From positions 1,309,503 to 1,373,502 of the forward strand of contig CAWDHJ010000002.1 in the NCBI GenBank assembly GCA_963802105.1: a stretch of 64,000 nucleotides of DNA, read 5' to 3'. This document shows, one piece after another, positions 1-9,214 of the stretch. The notes beneath the pieces were generated by a model. The model saw nothing but the letters and a program-made list of their open reading frames with translations, searched no databases and had not been told where the DNA came from. The DNA comes from an uncultured Solirubrobacteraceae bacterium. GTDB lineage: Bacteria > Actinomycetota > Thermoleophilia > Solirubrobacterales > Solirubrobacteraceae. Both the position numbers and the translations under genes were made by a program. Positions within the stretch are counted from its first letter, which is position 1; the number at the start of each line of letters is the position of its first letter.

Positions 1-190
1 CCTGCGGAACCGCGTTCAGCGGCACGTTCGACGGGCGCGGGCCGCCGAAGCCGCCGATCAGCGTCGCCTTGCCGCAGTCGTGGCCGGCCGGCTTCACGTA
101 CAGGTAGGCAGACGCCGGGCTCGCGACGCCGATCGTCGCCGTCGCGATCGCACCGAGCAGCGGTACGGCCGTCATACAGCGCTTGAGCAT
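1..190 (-). CDS. Secreted hypothetical protein, N-terminal part (runs off window)
   Basis: Manual translation MLKRCMTAVPLLGAIATATIGVASPASA|YLYVKP...; signal peptide with AxA site; GAGGAGG RBS at 197-203. Confidence 0.7.
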   Translation of the reverse strand, partial: MLKRCMTAVPLLGAIATATIGVASPASAYLYVKPAGHDCGKATLIGGFGGPRPSNVPLNAVPQ

Positions 191-372
191 CACAGTCCTC
201 CTCGATCTTCCACGGGTCGGGTTCCTCCCAGCACTGCACGCGAAGCGTACTGCGCGGCGCTCGCAACAACAGCGCGCGTCGCTCGGCGTGTACGTACGAG
301 TAAGCAGTGCGACGGCACCGTCCTTCCGTCCAGCGCCGATTGCACAGAGCGCGCAGCGGGCAAGACAGTGCG

Positions 373-2268
373 ATGACCCTCCCCGCCGCTACGCTCACGC
401 GCCAGCCGCGCTGCTCCTCGCCGGTCCGCAAGCGGCGCCCGCGCTGCTCCTCGCCGGTCCTGCTCGCGCTCGCGATCGCGGCGACCGCGATGACGCTGCT
501 CGTCGCGTGCGCCGCCGCGTCGGCGAGCCCGACCGAACCGACGTGGAGCACCTACCACGGCGACGCCGAACGGACGGGCGACGACCCGGAGACGATCAGC
601 CCGACGACGCCGGCGCTCGCCTGGCAGTCGCCGAACCTCGGCGCGCCGATCTGGGGCCAGCCGCTCGTCGTCGGCTCGCGCGTGTACGTCGCGACCGTCG
701 GCGACGGCGTCTACGCGCTCGAAGGCTCGACCGGGCAGATCGCCTGGCACGCGAGCGCCGGCACGCCGGTGCCGTCCGGCTCGCTGCCGTGCGGCGACAT
801 CACGCCGACGGTCGGCATCGTCGGCACGCCGGTGATCGACCCGGCGACCGGCGTGCTCTACGCCGTCGCCGACACGTGGAACGGCACGCAGGCGCAGCAC
901 GTGCTCGAGGGCTTTCGCATCGGCAACGGCGAAAAGGTGCTGAGCACGGTCGTCGACCCGCCGGGCTCGGACCCGAAGGCGATCCTGCAGCGCACGGCGC
1001 TGAACCTGAGCGGCTCGAACGTCGTGTTCGGCTTCGGCGGCAACGACGGCGACTGCTCGGACTACAAGGGCGCCGTCGTCTCGGTCCCCGAGAGCGGCGC
1101 CGCGCCGTCCTACTGGCAGGTGCCGATCGCGGCGCCGTCGAGCTCCGGCGGCGCCGTCTGGTCGACCGGCGGCCCGGCCGTCGACGCGAGCGGCACCGTC
1201 TACGCGAGCACCGGCAACCCCGACCCGCCGTCGGGGCAGGAAGCGACGACGTACGACTACTCCGACAGCGTCGTGCAGCTCAACCCGGCGCTCGGCCTGG
1301 TCGGGCACTTCGAGCCGCCGACGTGGAAGCAGGAAAGCAACGCCGACCTCGACCTCTCCTCGGCCGCGCCCGAGCTGCTGCCCGGCGGGCTGCTGTTCCA
1401 GGCCGGCAAGACCGGCGTCGGCTACCTGATCGACGAGGCGACGATGGGCGGCGGCGCGGCGGCCGTCTACAGCCACCAGGTCTGCGCCGGCGCGGGCAGC
1501 TTCGGCGGCGACTCCTACGCCGGCGGCGTGATCTACATGCCGTGCACGAACGGCGTGCAGGCGCTCTCCTACGACGCCGCCGCGCGCAGCTTCACGCCGC
1601 TGTGGCAGGGTCCGAAAGACGCGTTCGGGCCGCCGATCGTCTCCGCCGGGCTCGTCTGGGACGTCGCGACCGGCGGCTTCAGCGGCGGCGGCACGAAGCT
1701 CTACGGCCTCGAACCGTCGAGCGGCGCCGTCCGCTACACGCTGACGCTGCCGAGCGCCGTCGCCGACCACTTCGCGTCGCCGAGCGCCGGTGGCGGGCGC
1801 GTGCTCGTCGCGACCGGCTCGACCGTCAGCGCCTTCCAGGTCGGCGCCGTGCTCGGCGCGCCCGCGACCACGCCGCCGCCTACGACGAGCACGCCGCCGC
1901 TTGGCGCCACGCATCCGACGAGCCTGCTCGCGACGCTCGTCGGCACGCGCCTGCACGCCGATCGCAAGGGGCGCGTGCGACTCGTGCTGCGCTGCCCGCC
2001 GGCGATCGCCTGCCACGGCAGCGTGAGCCTCGCCGCGCTGCTGACCGTGCACGTCGGGCACGGCCGCCATCGGCACCGCCGCGTCGTGCGCGTCGCGCTC
2101 GCGAGCGCGACGTTCGGCACGCACCGCGGACAGTTCGCGCTGACGCTGCACCTCGGCGCGAAGGCGCGCGCGCTGCTGCGCCGCCACCGCCACGAGCTGC
2201 GCGTCGCCCTGACGGTCGCCGTGTCGAAGGCCGCTGCGCACACGACCGACGCGCTGCTCAGCGGCTGA
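373..2268 (+). CDS. Secreted PQQ-like/BamB-type beta-propeller protein with Pro/Thr linker and basic C-terminal domain
   Basis: Signal peptide, WSTYHGDAERTG, repeated VYAL..TG..AW propeller motifs, GGAVWSTGGPAVD, DLDLSS; codon bias favours this frame. Confidence 0.8.
   Translation: MTLPAATLTRQPRCSSPVRKRRPRCSSPVLLALAIAATAMTLLVACAAASASPTEPTWSTYHGDAERTGDDPETISPTTPALAWQSPNLGAPIWGQPLVVGSRVYVATVGDGVYALEGSTGQIAWHASAGTPVPSGSLPCGDITPTVGIVGTPVIDPATGVLYAVADTWNGTQAQHVLEGFRIGNGEKVLSTVVDPPGSDPKAILQRTALNLSGSNVVFGFGGNDGDCSDYKGAVVSVPESGAAPSYWQVPIAAPSSSGGAVWSTGGPAVDASGTVYASTGNPDPPSGQEATTYDYSDSVVQLNPALGLVGHFEPPTWKQESNADLDLSSAAPELLPGGLLFQAGKTGVGYLIDEATMGGGAAAVYSHQVCAGAGSFGGDSYAGGVIYMPCTNGVQALSYDAAARSFTPLWQGPKDAFGPPIVSAGLVWDVATGGFSGGGTKLYGLEPSSGAVRYTLTLPSAVADHFASPSAGGGRVLVATGSTVSAFQVGAVLGAPATTPPPTTSTPPLGATHPTSLLATLVGTRLHADRKGRVRLVLRCPPAIACHGSVSLAALLTVHVGHGRHRHRRVVRVALASATFGTHRGQFALTLHLGAKARALLRRHRHELRVALTVAVSKAAAHTTDALLSG
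406..460 (+). repeat. 22-bp direct repeat, period 33
   Basis: CCGCGCTGCTCCTCGCCGGTCC at 406-427 and 439-460 (PRCSSPV twice). Confidence 0.85.
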
Positions 2269-2299
2269 GCTGTCGCTCGGCCGCCGCCGGGGCTGGCGC

Positions 2300-2809
2300 T
2301 CAGACGCGGCAGCTCGCGCTGAGCGGGATTTCCTCGCCGCTCGCCGGCGGCGGGTCGACCTTGCACCAGGCCAGCTGCCGGCGCCGCTCGTCGGCGACGG
2401 CGCGAAACGGGTAGGAGAGCCCGGCGCCGCGGACCGTGCAGCGGTACGGCGTGCGCCCGGCCCGCGCCGAGCCGGCCGCCCTGCAGGCGACGCCGAGCAG
2501 CGGCCCGGTGATCCGCTGCTCGGAGATCCGCCGGCGCGCGTCGGCGGCGATCGCCCGCTCGAGCGCCGGCGCCGGCGCGGCGGCGTGCGCGAGGACGGCG
2601 AAGCGCGGCGCCTGGTCTTCGGTGATCGCGAGGTCGGCGATGCGGTTGACTTCGGCTTCGGCGCCCGATTCGGAGCTCGACAGCCCTTCGGGGCCGGTGT
2701 TCGAGACCGCGATCACGATACCCGCGACGATCGCGGCGGCGACGAGGGCCGCGAGCACCCATCGCACCCACAGCGGCGGGGCTTTCAAGCGCGCGCGTCG
2801 CGACTCCAT
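2300..2809 (-). CDS. Membrane-anchored hypothetical protein with four C-terminal Cys
   Basis: MESRRARLKAPPLWVRWVLAALVAAAIVAGIVIAV TM helix; TAGCCT 7 nt upstream of ATG. Confidence 0.7.
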   Translation of the reverse strand: MESRRARLKAPPLWVRWVLAALVAAAIVAGIVIAVSNTGPEGLSSSESGAEAEVNRIADLAITEDQAPRFAVLAHAAAPAPALERAIAADARRRISEQRITGPLLGVACRAAGSARAGRTPYRCTVRGAGLSYPFRAVADERRRQLAWCKVDPPPASGEEIPLSASCRV

Positions 2810-2906
2810 CGCTCGAAGGCTAGTCGCGCCGGTGCGCGCGTGCGCGAGCGAGCGGCGCGCTCTGTGCGGTTTGGAACGAACGCGCAGGGGTAGATAGACG
2901 TGCATC

Positions 2907-5267
2907 GTGAGCTGTGCGGGAAATCGTCGTGCGCGGATCGGGGTCGTCTCCACGCTCGCGGCGCTCGCCGCGTGCCTCGCGACGGCGGCCGGCGCGTCGG
3001 CGTTCACCGCGCAGGGGAGCGTCGAACAGGTGTATGCGACCGGCCTTGCGCCGAACGCGCAGGTCGCGCTGCTGAGCTCGACGGGCGCGACCGTCGCGAC
3101 GCAGAACGCCGACTCGCTCGGCGGCGTGCTGTTCCGCAACGTGAAGCCGGGAAAGCACTACGAGGTGCAGGGGCCGGCGAGCGGCGAAACGTCGGGGCCG
3201 ATCACCGTTCACTCCGACGCGGCGGCGCCGTGGGACCCTGAAATCTACGGCCAGTCGATCCCGGACAACGGCTACACGTACCTGAAGACGCGCGACGGCA
3301 CCGAACTGTCGATCGACGTGCACCCGCCGACGAGCCCGGCCGGCGAGCCGGGGCCGCCGTCGATCTTCCACTTCCCGACGCTGCCGATCGCGGGGGTCCC
3401 GACGCCGAGCTACACGGCGCCGTACCCGACGCTGATCGAGTACTCGGGGTACGGCTACGCGAACCCGGCGGGGCCCGAAAACGGGATCGCGGTGCTCGCG
3501 AACCTGATGGGCTTCGCGGTCGTCGACGTGAACATGCGCGGCACCGGCTGCTCGGGCGGCGCGTTCGACTTCTTCGAAAAGCTGCAGAACCTCGACGGCT
3601 ACGACGTGATCGAAACGATCGCGCACCAGCCGTGGGTGCTCGGTGGCAAGGTCGGCATGCTCGGCATCTCCTACGGCGGGATCAGCCAGCTGTTCACGGC
3701 GCAGACGCAGCCGGCCGGCCTCGAGGCGATCGCGCCGCTGTCGGTGATCGACGCGACGGCGTCGACGCTCTATCCGGGCGGCATCCTCAACACGGGCTTC
3801 GCCGTCGCGTGGGCCGAACAACGACAGCAGAACGCCGAACCGGCGAGCGCCGGTCACGGGCAGGCGTGGGCGACGAAGCGAATCGAAGAAGGCGACCAGA
3901 CGTGCGCGGCCAACCAGGACCTGCACGGCGAGGCGACGAACCTGATGGAAAAGATCCGCGCGAACTCGACGTACAACCCGGCGGTCGCTGACGAACTCGA
4001 CCCGGACACGTTCGTGCACAAGATCGACGTGCCGACGTTCATGGCGTGCCAGTGGGAGGACGAGCAGACCGGCGGGCACTGCGCCGACCTCGCGCAGCAC
4101 TTCACCGGCACCTCGCGCAAGTGGTTCACGTTCACGAACGGCGCGCACATCGACTCGCTCGATCCGTACACGTACGACCGGCTCTACGACTTCCTCGAGC
4201 TGTACGTCGCGCACCAGGCGCCGCTGATCAACTCGGCGGTCGTGCACGCGGCGGCGCCGGTCGTCTACCAGGAAGCGATGGGCCTGCCGAAGACCGATCT
4301 CGTCACGCTGCCGTCCGACCCGATCCAGGAACAGCCGACCTACGAATCGGCGCTCGCCGCGTTCGAAGCGCTGCCGTCGATCCGCGTGCTGTTCGACAAC
4401 GGCGCCGGCAAGTCGCCGCTCGGCACGACGACGGCTGGCGATCCGTACCCGGGCTTCGAACAGTCGTTCTCGAAGTTCCCGATCCCCGGCACGAAAGCGC
4501 GCACGTGGTACCTCGGGTCGGGCGGGACGCTCACCGAAAAGGCGCCGAGCGCCGAAGGCGTCGACTCGTACACCTCGAACGCGAGCGCGACGCCGCTGAC
4601 CGACTATGGGTCGAACACGGGCTCGGGCGGCCTGTGGGGCAACGCGTCGCAGTGGGAATGGAACTGGGTGCAGCCGCCGGCCGGCTCGGCCGTCTCCTAC
4701 GTCTCGGCGCCGCTGAGCAGCAACGCGACGGCGATCGGCGGCGGCGGCGTGCAGGTCTGGGTCAAGTCATCGACGCCCGACGTCGACCTGCAGGCGACCG
4801 TCAGCGAAGTGCGCCCGGACGGCAACGAGTCGTTCGTGCAGGACGGCTGGATCCGCGCGAGCGAGCGCAAGCTCTCGACGGACGCGAGCAACATGTTCAA
4901 GGAGCACCCGTCGCAGCTCGAGCCGATCCCGACGTTCCTGCCGTCGGACGTCGAACCGATGCCGGCGAACGAATTCGTGCCGGTCACGATCCCGCTGTAC
5001 TTCGAGGGGCACGCCTACCGCGCGGGCTCGCGCGTCCGGGTGACGATCGCGGCGCCGAACGGGACGCAGCCGATCTGGTCGTTCGCGCAGACGCAGCCGG
5101 CAGGCGCGACGGCGAGCGAGTCGATCGCGTTCTCGCCGAGCATGCCGTCGAGCCTGACGCTGCCGATCGTGCCCGGAGTCAGCGTGTCGACCGGGCTGCC
5201 GGCGTGCCCGAGCCTGCGCAACGAGCCGTGCCGCAGCTACCAGGCGTTCGCGAACGACGGTTCGTGA
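2907..5267 (+). CDS. Secreted CocE/NonD family (S15-like) hydrolase
   Basis: YPTLIEYSGY, VNMRGTGCSGG, nucleophile GISYGG, C-terminal HAYRAGSRVRVTI; signal peptide. Confidence 0.88.
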   Translation: MSCAGNRRARIGVVSTLAALAACLATAAGASAFTAQGSVEQVYATGLAPNAQVALLSSTGATVATQNADSLGGVLFRNVKPGKHYEVQGPASGETSGPITVHSDAAAPWDPEIYGQSIPDNGYTYLKTRDGTELSIDVHPPTSPAGEPGPPSIFHFPTLPIAGVPTPSYTAPYPTLIEYSGYGYANPAGPENGIAVLANLMGFAVVDVNMRGTGCSGGAFDFFEKLQNLDGYDVIETIAHQPWVLGGKVGMLGISYGGISQLFTAQTQPAGLEAIAPLSVIDATASTLYPGGILNTGFAVAWAEQRQQNAEPASAGHGQAWATKRIEEGDQTCAANQDLHGEATNLMEKIRANSTYNPAVADELDPDTFVHKIDVPTFMACQWEDEQTGGHCADLAQHFTGTSRKWFTFTNGAHIDSLDPYTYDRLYDFLELYVAHQAPLINSAVVHAAAPVVYQEAMGLPKTDLVTLPSDPIQEQPTYESALAAFEALPSIRVLFDNGAGKSPLGTTTAGDPYPGFEQSFSKFPIPGTKARTWYLGSGGTLTEKAPSAEGVDSYTSNASATPLTDYGSNTGSGGLWGNASQWEWNWVQPPAGSAVSYVSAPLSSNATAIGGGGVQVWVKSSTPDVDLQATVSEVRPDGNESFVQDGWIRASERKLSTDASNMFKEHPSQLEPIPTFLPSDVEPMPANEFVPVTIPLYFEGHAYRAGSRVRVTIAAPNGTQPIWSFAQTQPAGATASESIAFSPSMPSSLTLPIVPGVSVSTGLPACPSLRNEPCRSYQAFANDGS

Positions 5268-5303
5268 ACGCCTGGCCGGCGCCCGGCGCCCGGCGCGTGG
5301 TCG

Positions 5304-5711
5304 CTACGCGGCGGGTTGCTGGTCGATGCGCACCATGTTGCCCGACGGGTCGCGCACGGCGCAGTCGCGCGTGCCCCACGGCTGGTCGGTCGGCTCCTGC
5401 ACGATCTCGGCGCCCGAGGAGACGAGCTTGTCGAAGGTCGCGTCGAGGTCGTCGGTGTGGAAGTGCACGCCGGGCATCGCACCCTTCGCGAGCAGCGCGG
5501 CGAGCGTGTCGCTGTCCTCGGGACTGCCGTTGAGATAGTTGGTGATGACGATCGCTACGCCGGGCTGCGCGGTGGCGCCGACGGTTATCCAGCGGAACTT
5601 CTCGCGCGCGACGTCGTTGCGCAGCTCGAGGCCGAGCGTGTCGCGGTAGAAGGCGAGCGCGAGGTCGGGGTCATCGACGAGCACGAAGCATTGAGCGAAG
5701 GAAATGTTCAT
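5304..5711 (-). CDS. VOC/glyoxalase family protein
   Basis: VDDPDLALAFYRDTLG, QEPTDQPWGTRDCAVRDPSGN. Confidence 0.9.
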   Translation of the reverse strand: MNISFAQCFVLVDDPDLALAFYRDTLGLELRNDVAREKFRWITVGATAQPGVAIVITNYLNGSPEDSDTLAALLAKGAMPGVHFHTDDLDATFDKLVSSGAEIVQEPTDQPWGTRDCAVRDPSGNMVRIDQQPAA

Positions 5712-5721
5712 GCGGCCCACC

Positions 5722-6162
5722 CTAGGGCGCAAGCGCGGCGTGCGCTTCTCCGATCCTGCTCGCTCGCCGGATCGGACGCGTGAGGTCCTTCGCGATGCAG
5801 CCGGGCGTGTTCGCGAGCGCGCTGTGGTCGCGCGTACGGTAGGACGTCGGCGTCTCGCCGACGAGCTCGGTGAAGCGCGCGCTGAACGAGCCGAGCGACG
5901 TGCAGCCGACGTCGAAGCAGACGTCGGTCACCGACCTGTCGCCGTGGCGCAGCAGCGCCTTCGCGCGCTCGATGCGCCTCGTCATCAGGTACGAGTACGG
6001 CGACTCGCCGTACGCCGCGCGGAACTGGCGCGAGAAGTGCGCCGTCGACATCAGCGCGGCGCGCGCGAGCGCCGCGACGTCGAGCGGGCGCGCGTACTCG
6101 CGGTCGATCAGATCGCGCGCGCGACGCAGGTGCGCGAGGTTGGATAGGTCGTCGGGGGTCAT
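5722..6162 (-). CDS. AraC-family HTH regulator
   Basis: LRRARDLIDREYARPLDV, HFSRQFRAAYGESP, GCTSLGSFSARFTELVGETP. Confidence 0.9.
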   Translation of the reverse strand: MTPDDLSNLAHLRRARDLIDREYARPLDVAALARAALMSTAHFSRQFRAAYGESPYSYLMTRRIERAKALLRHGDRSVTDVCFDVGCTSLGSFSARFTELVGETPTSYRTRDHSALANTPGCIAKDLTRPIRRASRIGEAHAALAP

Positions 6163-6197
6163 GGGGCGAGGGTAGCGGCGGGCTGCGTCGCTGCGCG

Positions 6198-6437
6198 TTA
6201 GCGCGAGCCGGCGCGTCTCAGCGTGCAGTCGCCGTCGCCGTCGGCGCACGATCGCTCGAGCCGGCCGGCTGAGACGATCTGGATCAGCCCGACGAGCCAG
6301 CACGTCGGGCAGCCGCGAAGCGCGACGAACCCCGGCACGGCGAGCAGCAGCGCGACGGGCCCAGCGCTCGCGGCGAGCGCGAAACCAGAGCCGATCAGCC
6401 CGAAGCCGATCGCGCCGCGCGCGAGATGACGCCTCAC
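6198..6437 (-). CDS. Small membrane protein with CPTC motif (candidate sigma partner or target)
   Basis: GTG overlaps sigma stop (GTGA); VRRHLARGAIGFGLIG...LRGCPTCWLVGL...CADGDGDC. Confidence 0.7.
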   Translation of the reverse strand: MRRHLARGAIGFGLIGSGFALAASAGPVALLLAVPGFVALRGCPTCWLVGLIQIVSAGRLERSCADGDGDCTLRRAGSR

Positions 6438-6973
6438 GGACGCACCGGCGAGAGTTGCGAGCGCACCGTCTCGCGCCCGCGGTGCAGGCGCGACTTCATC
6501 GCGGCGCGACTGAGCCCGAGCGCGTGCGCCGTCGCCGCGCCGGACAGCCCCTGGACGTCGCGCAGGACGAGCACGGCGCGCTGCTCGTCCGGGAGCTCGG
6601 AGATCGACTTGACGATCCGCTCGATCTCGAGGCGCACGAGCGCGGCGTCTTCGGCCGAGGGCTCGACCGGGTCGGCGGCGATCGGCCGGCGAAACGTTAC
6701 GCGCGATCGGCGGATGCACTCGTTGCGCACGATCTGGAACAGCCACGACGCGAGCGCCGCCGTCGCGCGCAGCGTTCCGATCTTCCGGTACAGGACGATC
6801 AACGCCTCCTGAGCGGCGTCCTCGGCGTCCTCGGGCGTCGAGCACAGCGTGCGCGCGAAGCGCTGGACGTGAGCGTGCGACCCGCACACGAGCGTCGCGA
6901 TCGCACGCGCGTCGCCCTGCTGGGCGGCGGCGACGACCTGCGCGGTCGGCCAGGGGGCGGCGGGACGGGTCAC
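6434..6973 (-). CDS. ECF RNA polymerase sigma factor
   Basis: Region 2 EDAEDAAQEALI, SWLFQIVRN; region 4 LPDEQRAVLVLRDVQGLS...KSRLHRGR. Confidence 0.92.
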   Translation of the reverse strand: MTRPAAPWPTAQVVAAAQQGDARAIATLVCGSHAHVQRFARTLCSTPEDAEDAAQEALIVLYRKIGTLRATAALASWLFQIVRNECIRRSRVTFRRPIAADPVEPSAEDAALVRLEIERIVKSISELPDEQRAVLVLRDVQGLSGAATAHALGLSRAAMKSRLHRGRETVRSQLSPVRP

Positions 6974-7050
6974 CGCGCGCGCCTCGCGCGCAGGAGGAGG
7001 AAGCAGGCGCAGATGATGATGGCTGCTGCAATCACGTAGACGAAGATCAT
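6970..7050 (-). CDS. 26-aa single-pass membrane microprotein
   Basis: MIFVYVIAAAIIICACFLLLRARRAR; AGAAAGG RBS; stop overlaps sigma start (GTGA). Confidence 0.6.
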   Translation of the reverse strand: MIFVYVIAAAIIICACFLLLRARRAR

Positions 7051-7141
7051 GGGCGTGCCGCCTTTCTGGTTGGGTGGCGTCGCTTCGTGCAGATAAGAGC
7101 GCGGTGGCGCGGAAAGGATTCGCGGGGCGCCTCGATTCAGG

Positions 7142-7176
7142 GCTGCCGGTCGCAGGCCCGCCGACCGACCGGCAGC
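7142..7176. terminator. GC-rich hairpin, possible terminator
   Basis: Perfect 11-bp inverted repeat GCTGCCGGTCG...CGACCGGCAGC. Confidence 0.45.
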
Positions 7177-7642
7177 GTGTGGCGTGGTCTGAGGGGCCTC
7201 AGGCAGGGGTGCTGCTGAGATGCGGGGGCGCGGCGCCCTCGGCGAGAGCGCCCTCGGCGAGCCGGGTGGCGCGATAGATCGTGATCGCGTTCGGGCCGAG
7301 GCCGGTATCACCTTAATGGGGCGAAACTGCTCGGCACGCAAACCATGTAAGGCCCGGCGCCAGCGCCTGACTTGGTTGAGCCGCCTGCTGTAGCTACGTG
7401 AGCTACCGCAGTTCGATCAAGTCGCTTGCCTGACCCCTACCAAAACAAGATCGTACGGCGGGTGGAAAGCCGGATTGAACCACCGCCGGAATAGCACTTC
7501 CGAGACTCCCGAGAGCCTGAAGACGCGAGCGTCTGGTCGTCGCGTGGCGAGAACCTTGCCCCTCGCCTGAGCGGGAGCGGAACCGCCTACCCGTCGCGCG
7601 ACCAATTGTCGGGACGAGATGAGAAGCTGGCATCATTGTAGA

Positions 7643-8206
7643 ATGGAGAACGCCGCATCACCGAAGCTGGCGGTGGAGCTTGTGCCTCGGACGTGCTGGT
7701 TCTCAAATGTGCGTGAGCGCGTGTCTCGTCAGGAGTGGGACCGCATTCGGTCACAGACTTATGAGAATGCTGGGCGTTGCTGCGAGGTTTGCGGCGGGCG
7801 CGGTAGCAAACATCCGGTGGAGTGCCATGAGGTGTGGGAGTACGACGAAGCGGTAGGGATGCAACGCCTTGTCCGGATGATTGCTCTTTGTCCGGCTTGC
7901 CATGAGGTCAAGCACATCGGACTTGCTGGGATCAGGGGTCGTGGCGACGTCGCGCTTGCGCATCTTGCCGCGGTCAACGGCTGGACTGCGGCGGTCGCCT
8001 CTCGATATGTCGATGAAGCGTTCGCGGTCTGGCGCGCTCGGTCGGGTAGAGCGTGGTCGCTCGATATCTCTGCCTTGGCCTCCTATGGCGTAGATCCAGC
8101 GATCATCGCTGAGGCGAGCGATATTCAGGCCAAGAATCGAGCGCAATCCGCATTCTCGGCAACTGCCAGGGTTCGGCGGGGTTCGCAGCGCTCTCGGCCC
8201 GCGTAG
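7643..8206 (+). CDS. HNH endonuclease with Zn-binding CxxC pairs
   Basis: CEVCGG...VECHEVW...LCPACHEVKH. Confidence 0.82.
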   Translation: MENAASPKLAVELVPRTCWFSNVRERVSRQEWDRIRSQTYENAGRCCEVCGGRGSKHPVECHEVWEYDEAVGMQRLVRMIALCPACHEVKHIGLAGIRGRGDVALAHLAAVNGWTAAVASRYVDEAFAVWRARSGRAWSLDISALASYGVDPAIIAEASDIQAKNRAQSAFSATARVRRGSQRSRPA

Positions 8207-8313
8207 CCGTGTCTTCGAGCCTATAGCTACGGCGACTGGACCGGGCGGGCGGCGTCCTTTGCTCCGATAGGCTCGCCCGCGTGAGCACCTGCGCAGCGAT
8301 TACGAGGAGAGTG

Positions 8314-8652
8314 ATGGGACTTTTCAGCCGCACGCCCAACACGATCGAGCCCCTGCCCACACATCTGGGCGTGGCGTGGTTCCGGGCGTGGACGGACGGG
8401 ATCATCCGCGCGTCGGGGGTGGATCCCACGAACATCGCTAACGGCAGCGCGTTGCTGTGGATGGCAGGAAATTCGACCCATGTCGCTGGGAACGACCTGA
8501 TGGATAGGTACGACGGCGCTTGGGCCAAGCCGATCCTGGCGGAGTACATGCAAAGTGAGGGGGCTACTCCGTGGGGTGCGATCGAACTCATCGCCGGCTG
8601 GCGTCGTGATGCCGTGCCGATACTCGAGCAGAACTTGGTTTCGCTCGCATAG
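8314..8652 (+). CDS. Hypothetical protein
   Basis: GAGGAG RBS, MGLFSRTPNTIEPL...; 112 aa. Confidence 0.6.
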   Translation: MGLFSRTPNTIEPLPTHLGVAWFRAWTDGIIRASGVDPTNIANGSALLWMAGNSTHVAGNDLMDRYDGAWAKPILAEYMQSEGATPWGAIELIAGWRRDAVPILEQNLVSLA

Positions 8653-8771
8653 ATAGCTGTCGAAGTGGGACCCGGGGAGACAGGCGTCTTTCAGACGTTT
8701 TAGGTGTCCCGAGCGTCTGTGCGCTCGTATCCCGGTTATTCACCTGCCGACGAGAGCTAGAGTTACAAACC

Positions 8772-9043
8772 ATGTTGCTCGTGATCTTCGGTGCCGGCGC
8801 GTCCTTTGACTGCGGCCCCTTGGACCACCCGCGCGCCCGTTCTTTCCGCTAACCGCCGACCTCATCAGCCGCGAGCACCGGGAAATCGCACAGAGGTATC
8901 GATGTTGCATGCCGGTGATCGACTATCTGGAGCACACCATGCGCGACGGGTCCGTCAATCTTGAGCAGGCGCGCTGCTCGGTCAGAGACTCCGAACGCCC
9001 CGCCCCCGGAGGGACCAGGCCGGTTCGACCTTCGTCAAGATGA
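8772..9043 (+). pseudogene. Frameshifted, truncated SIR2-like gene remnant
   Basis: MLLVIFGAGASFDC (stop 8850-8852); continues in shifted frame FPLTADLI...NLEQ to TGA 9041-9043. Confidence 0.6.
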
Positions 9044-9116
<73 letters not shown>

Positions 9117-9214
9117 GTAGGCGCATGGCAACGCGCGGGTCAGGCAAGTGTAGCCGGCGAGCCTCGCGGCGATGCACGCGCGCGCGGTCTAGGTATGTAT
9201 GGTTGAGGGGTCGC

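Larger units (their letters stand above)
7310..9043. mobile_element. Decayed lower-GC islet at the 3' end of tRNA-Ala(CGC)
   Basis: Visibly more A/T and atypical codons than flanks; HNH gene and pseudogene; no integrase or att repeat seen; left boundary approximate. Confidence 0.55.

Noticed and set aside
7516-7540. CTGAAGA followed by a hairpin, resembling a hammerhead ribozyme core
   Set aside because: The required GAAA after stem II is absent.
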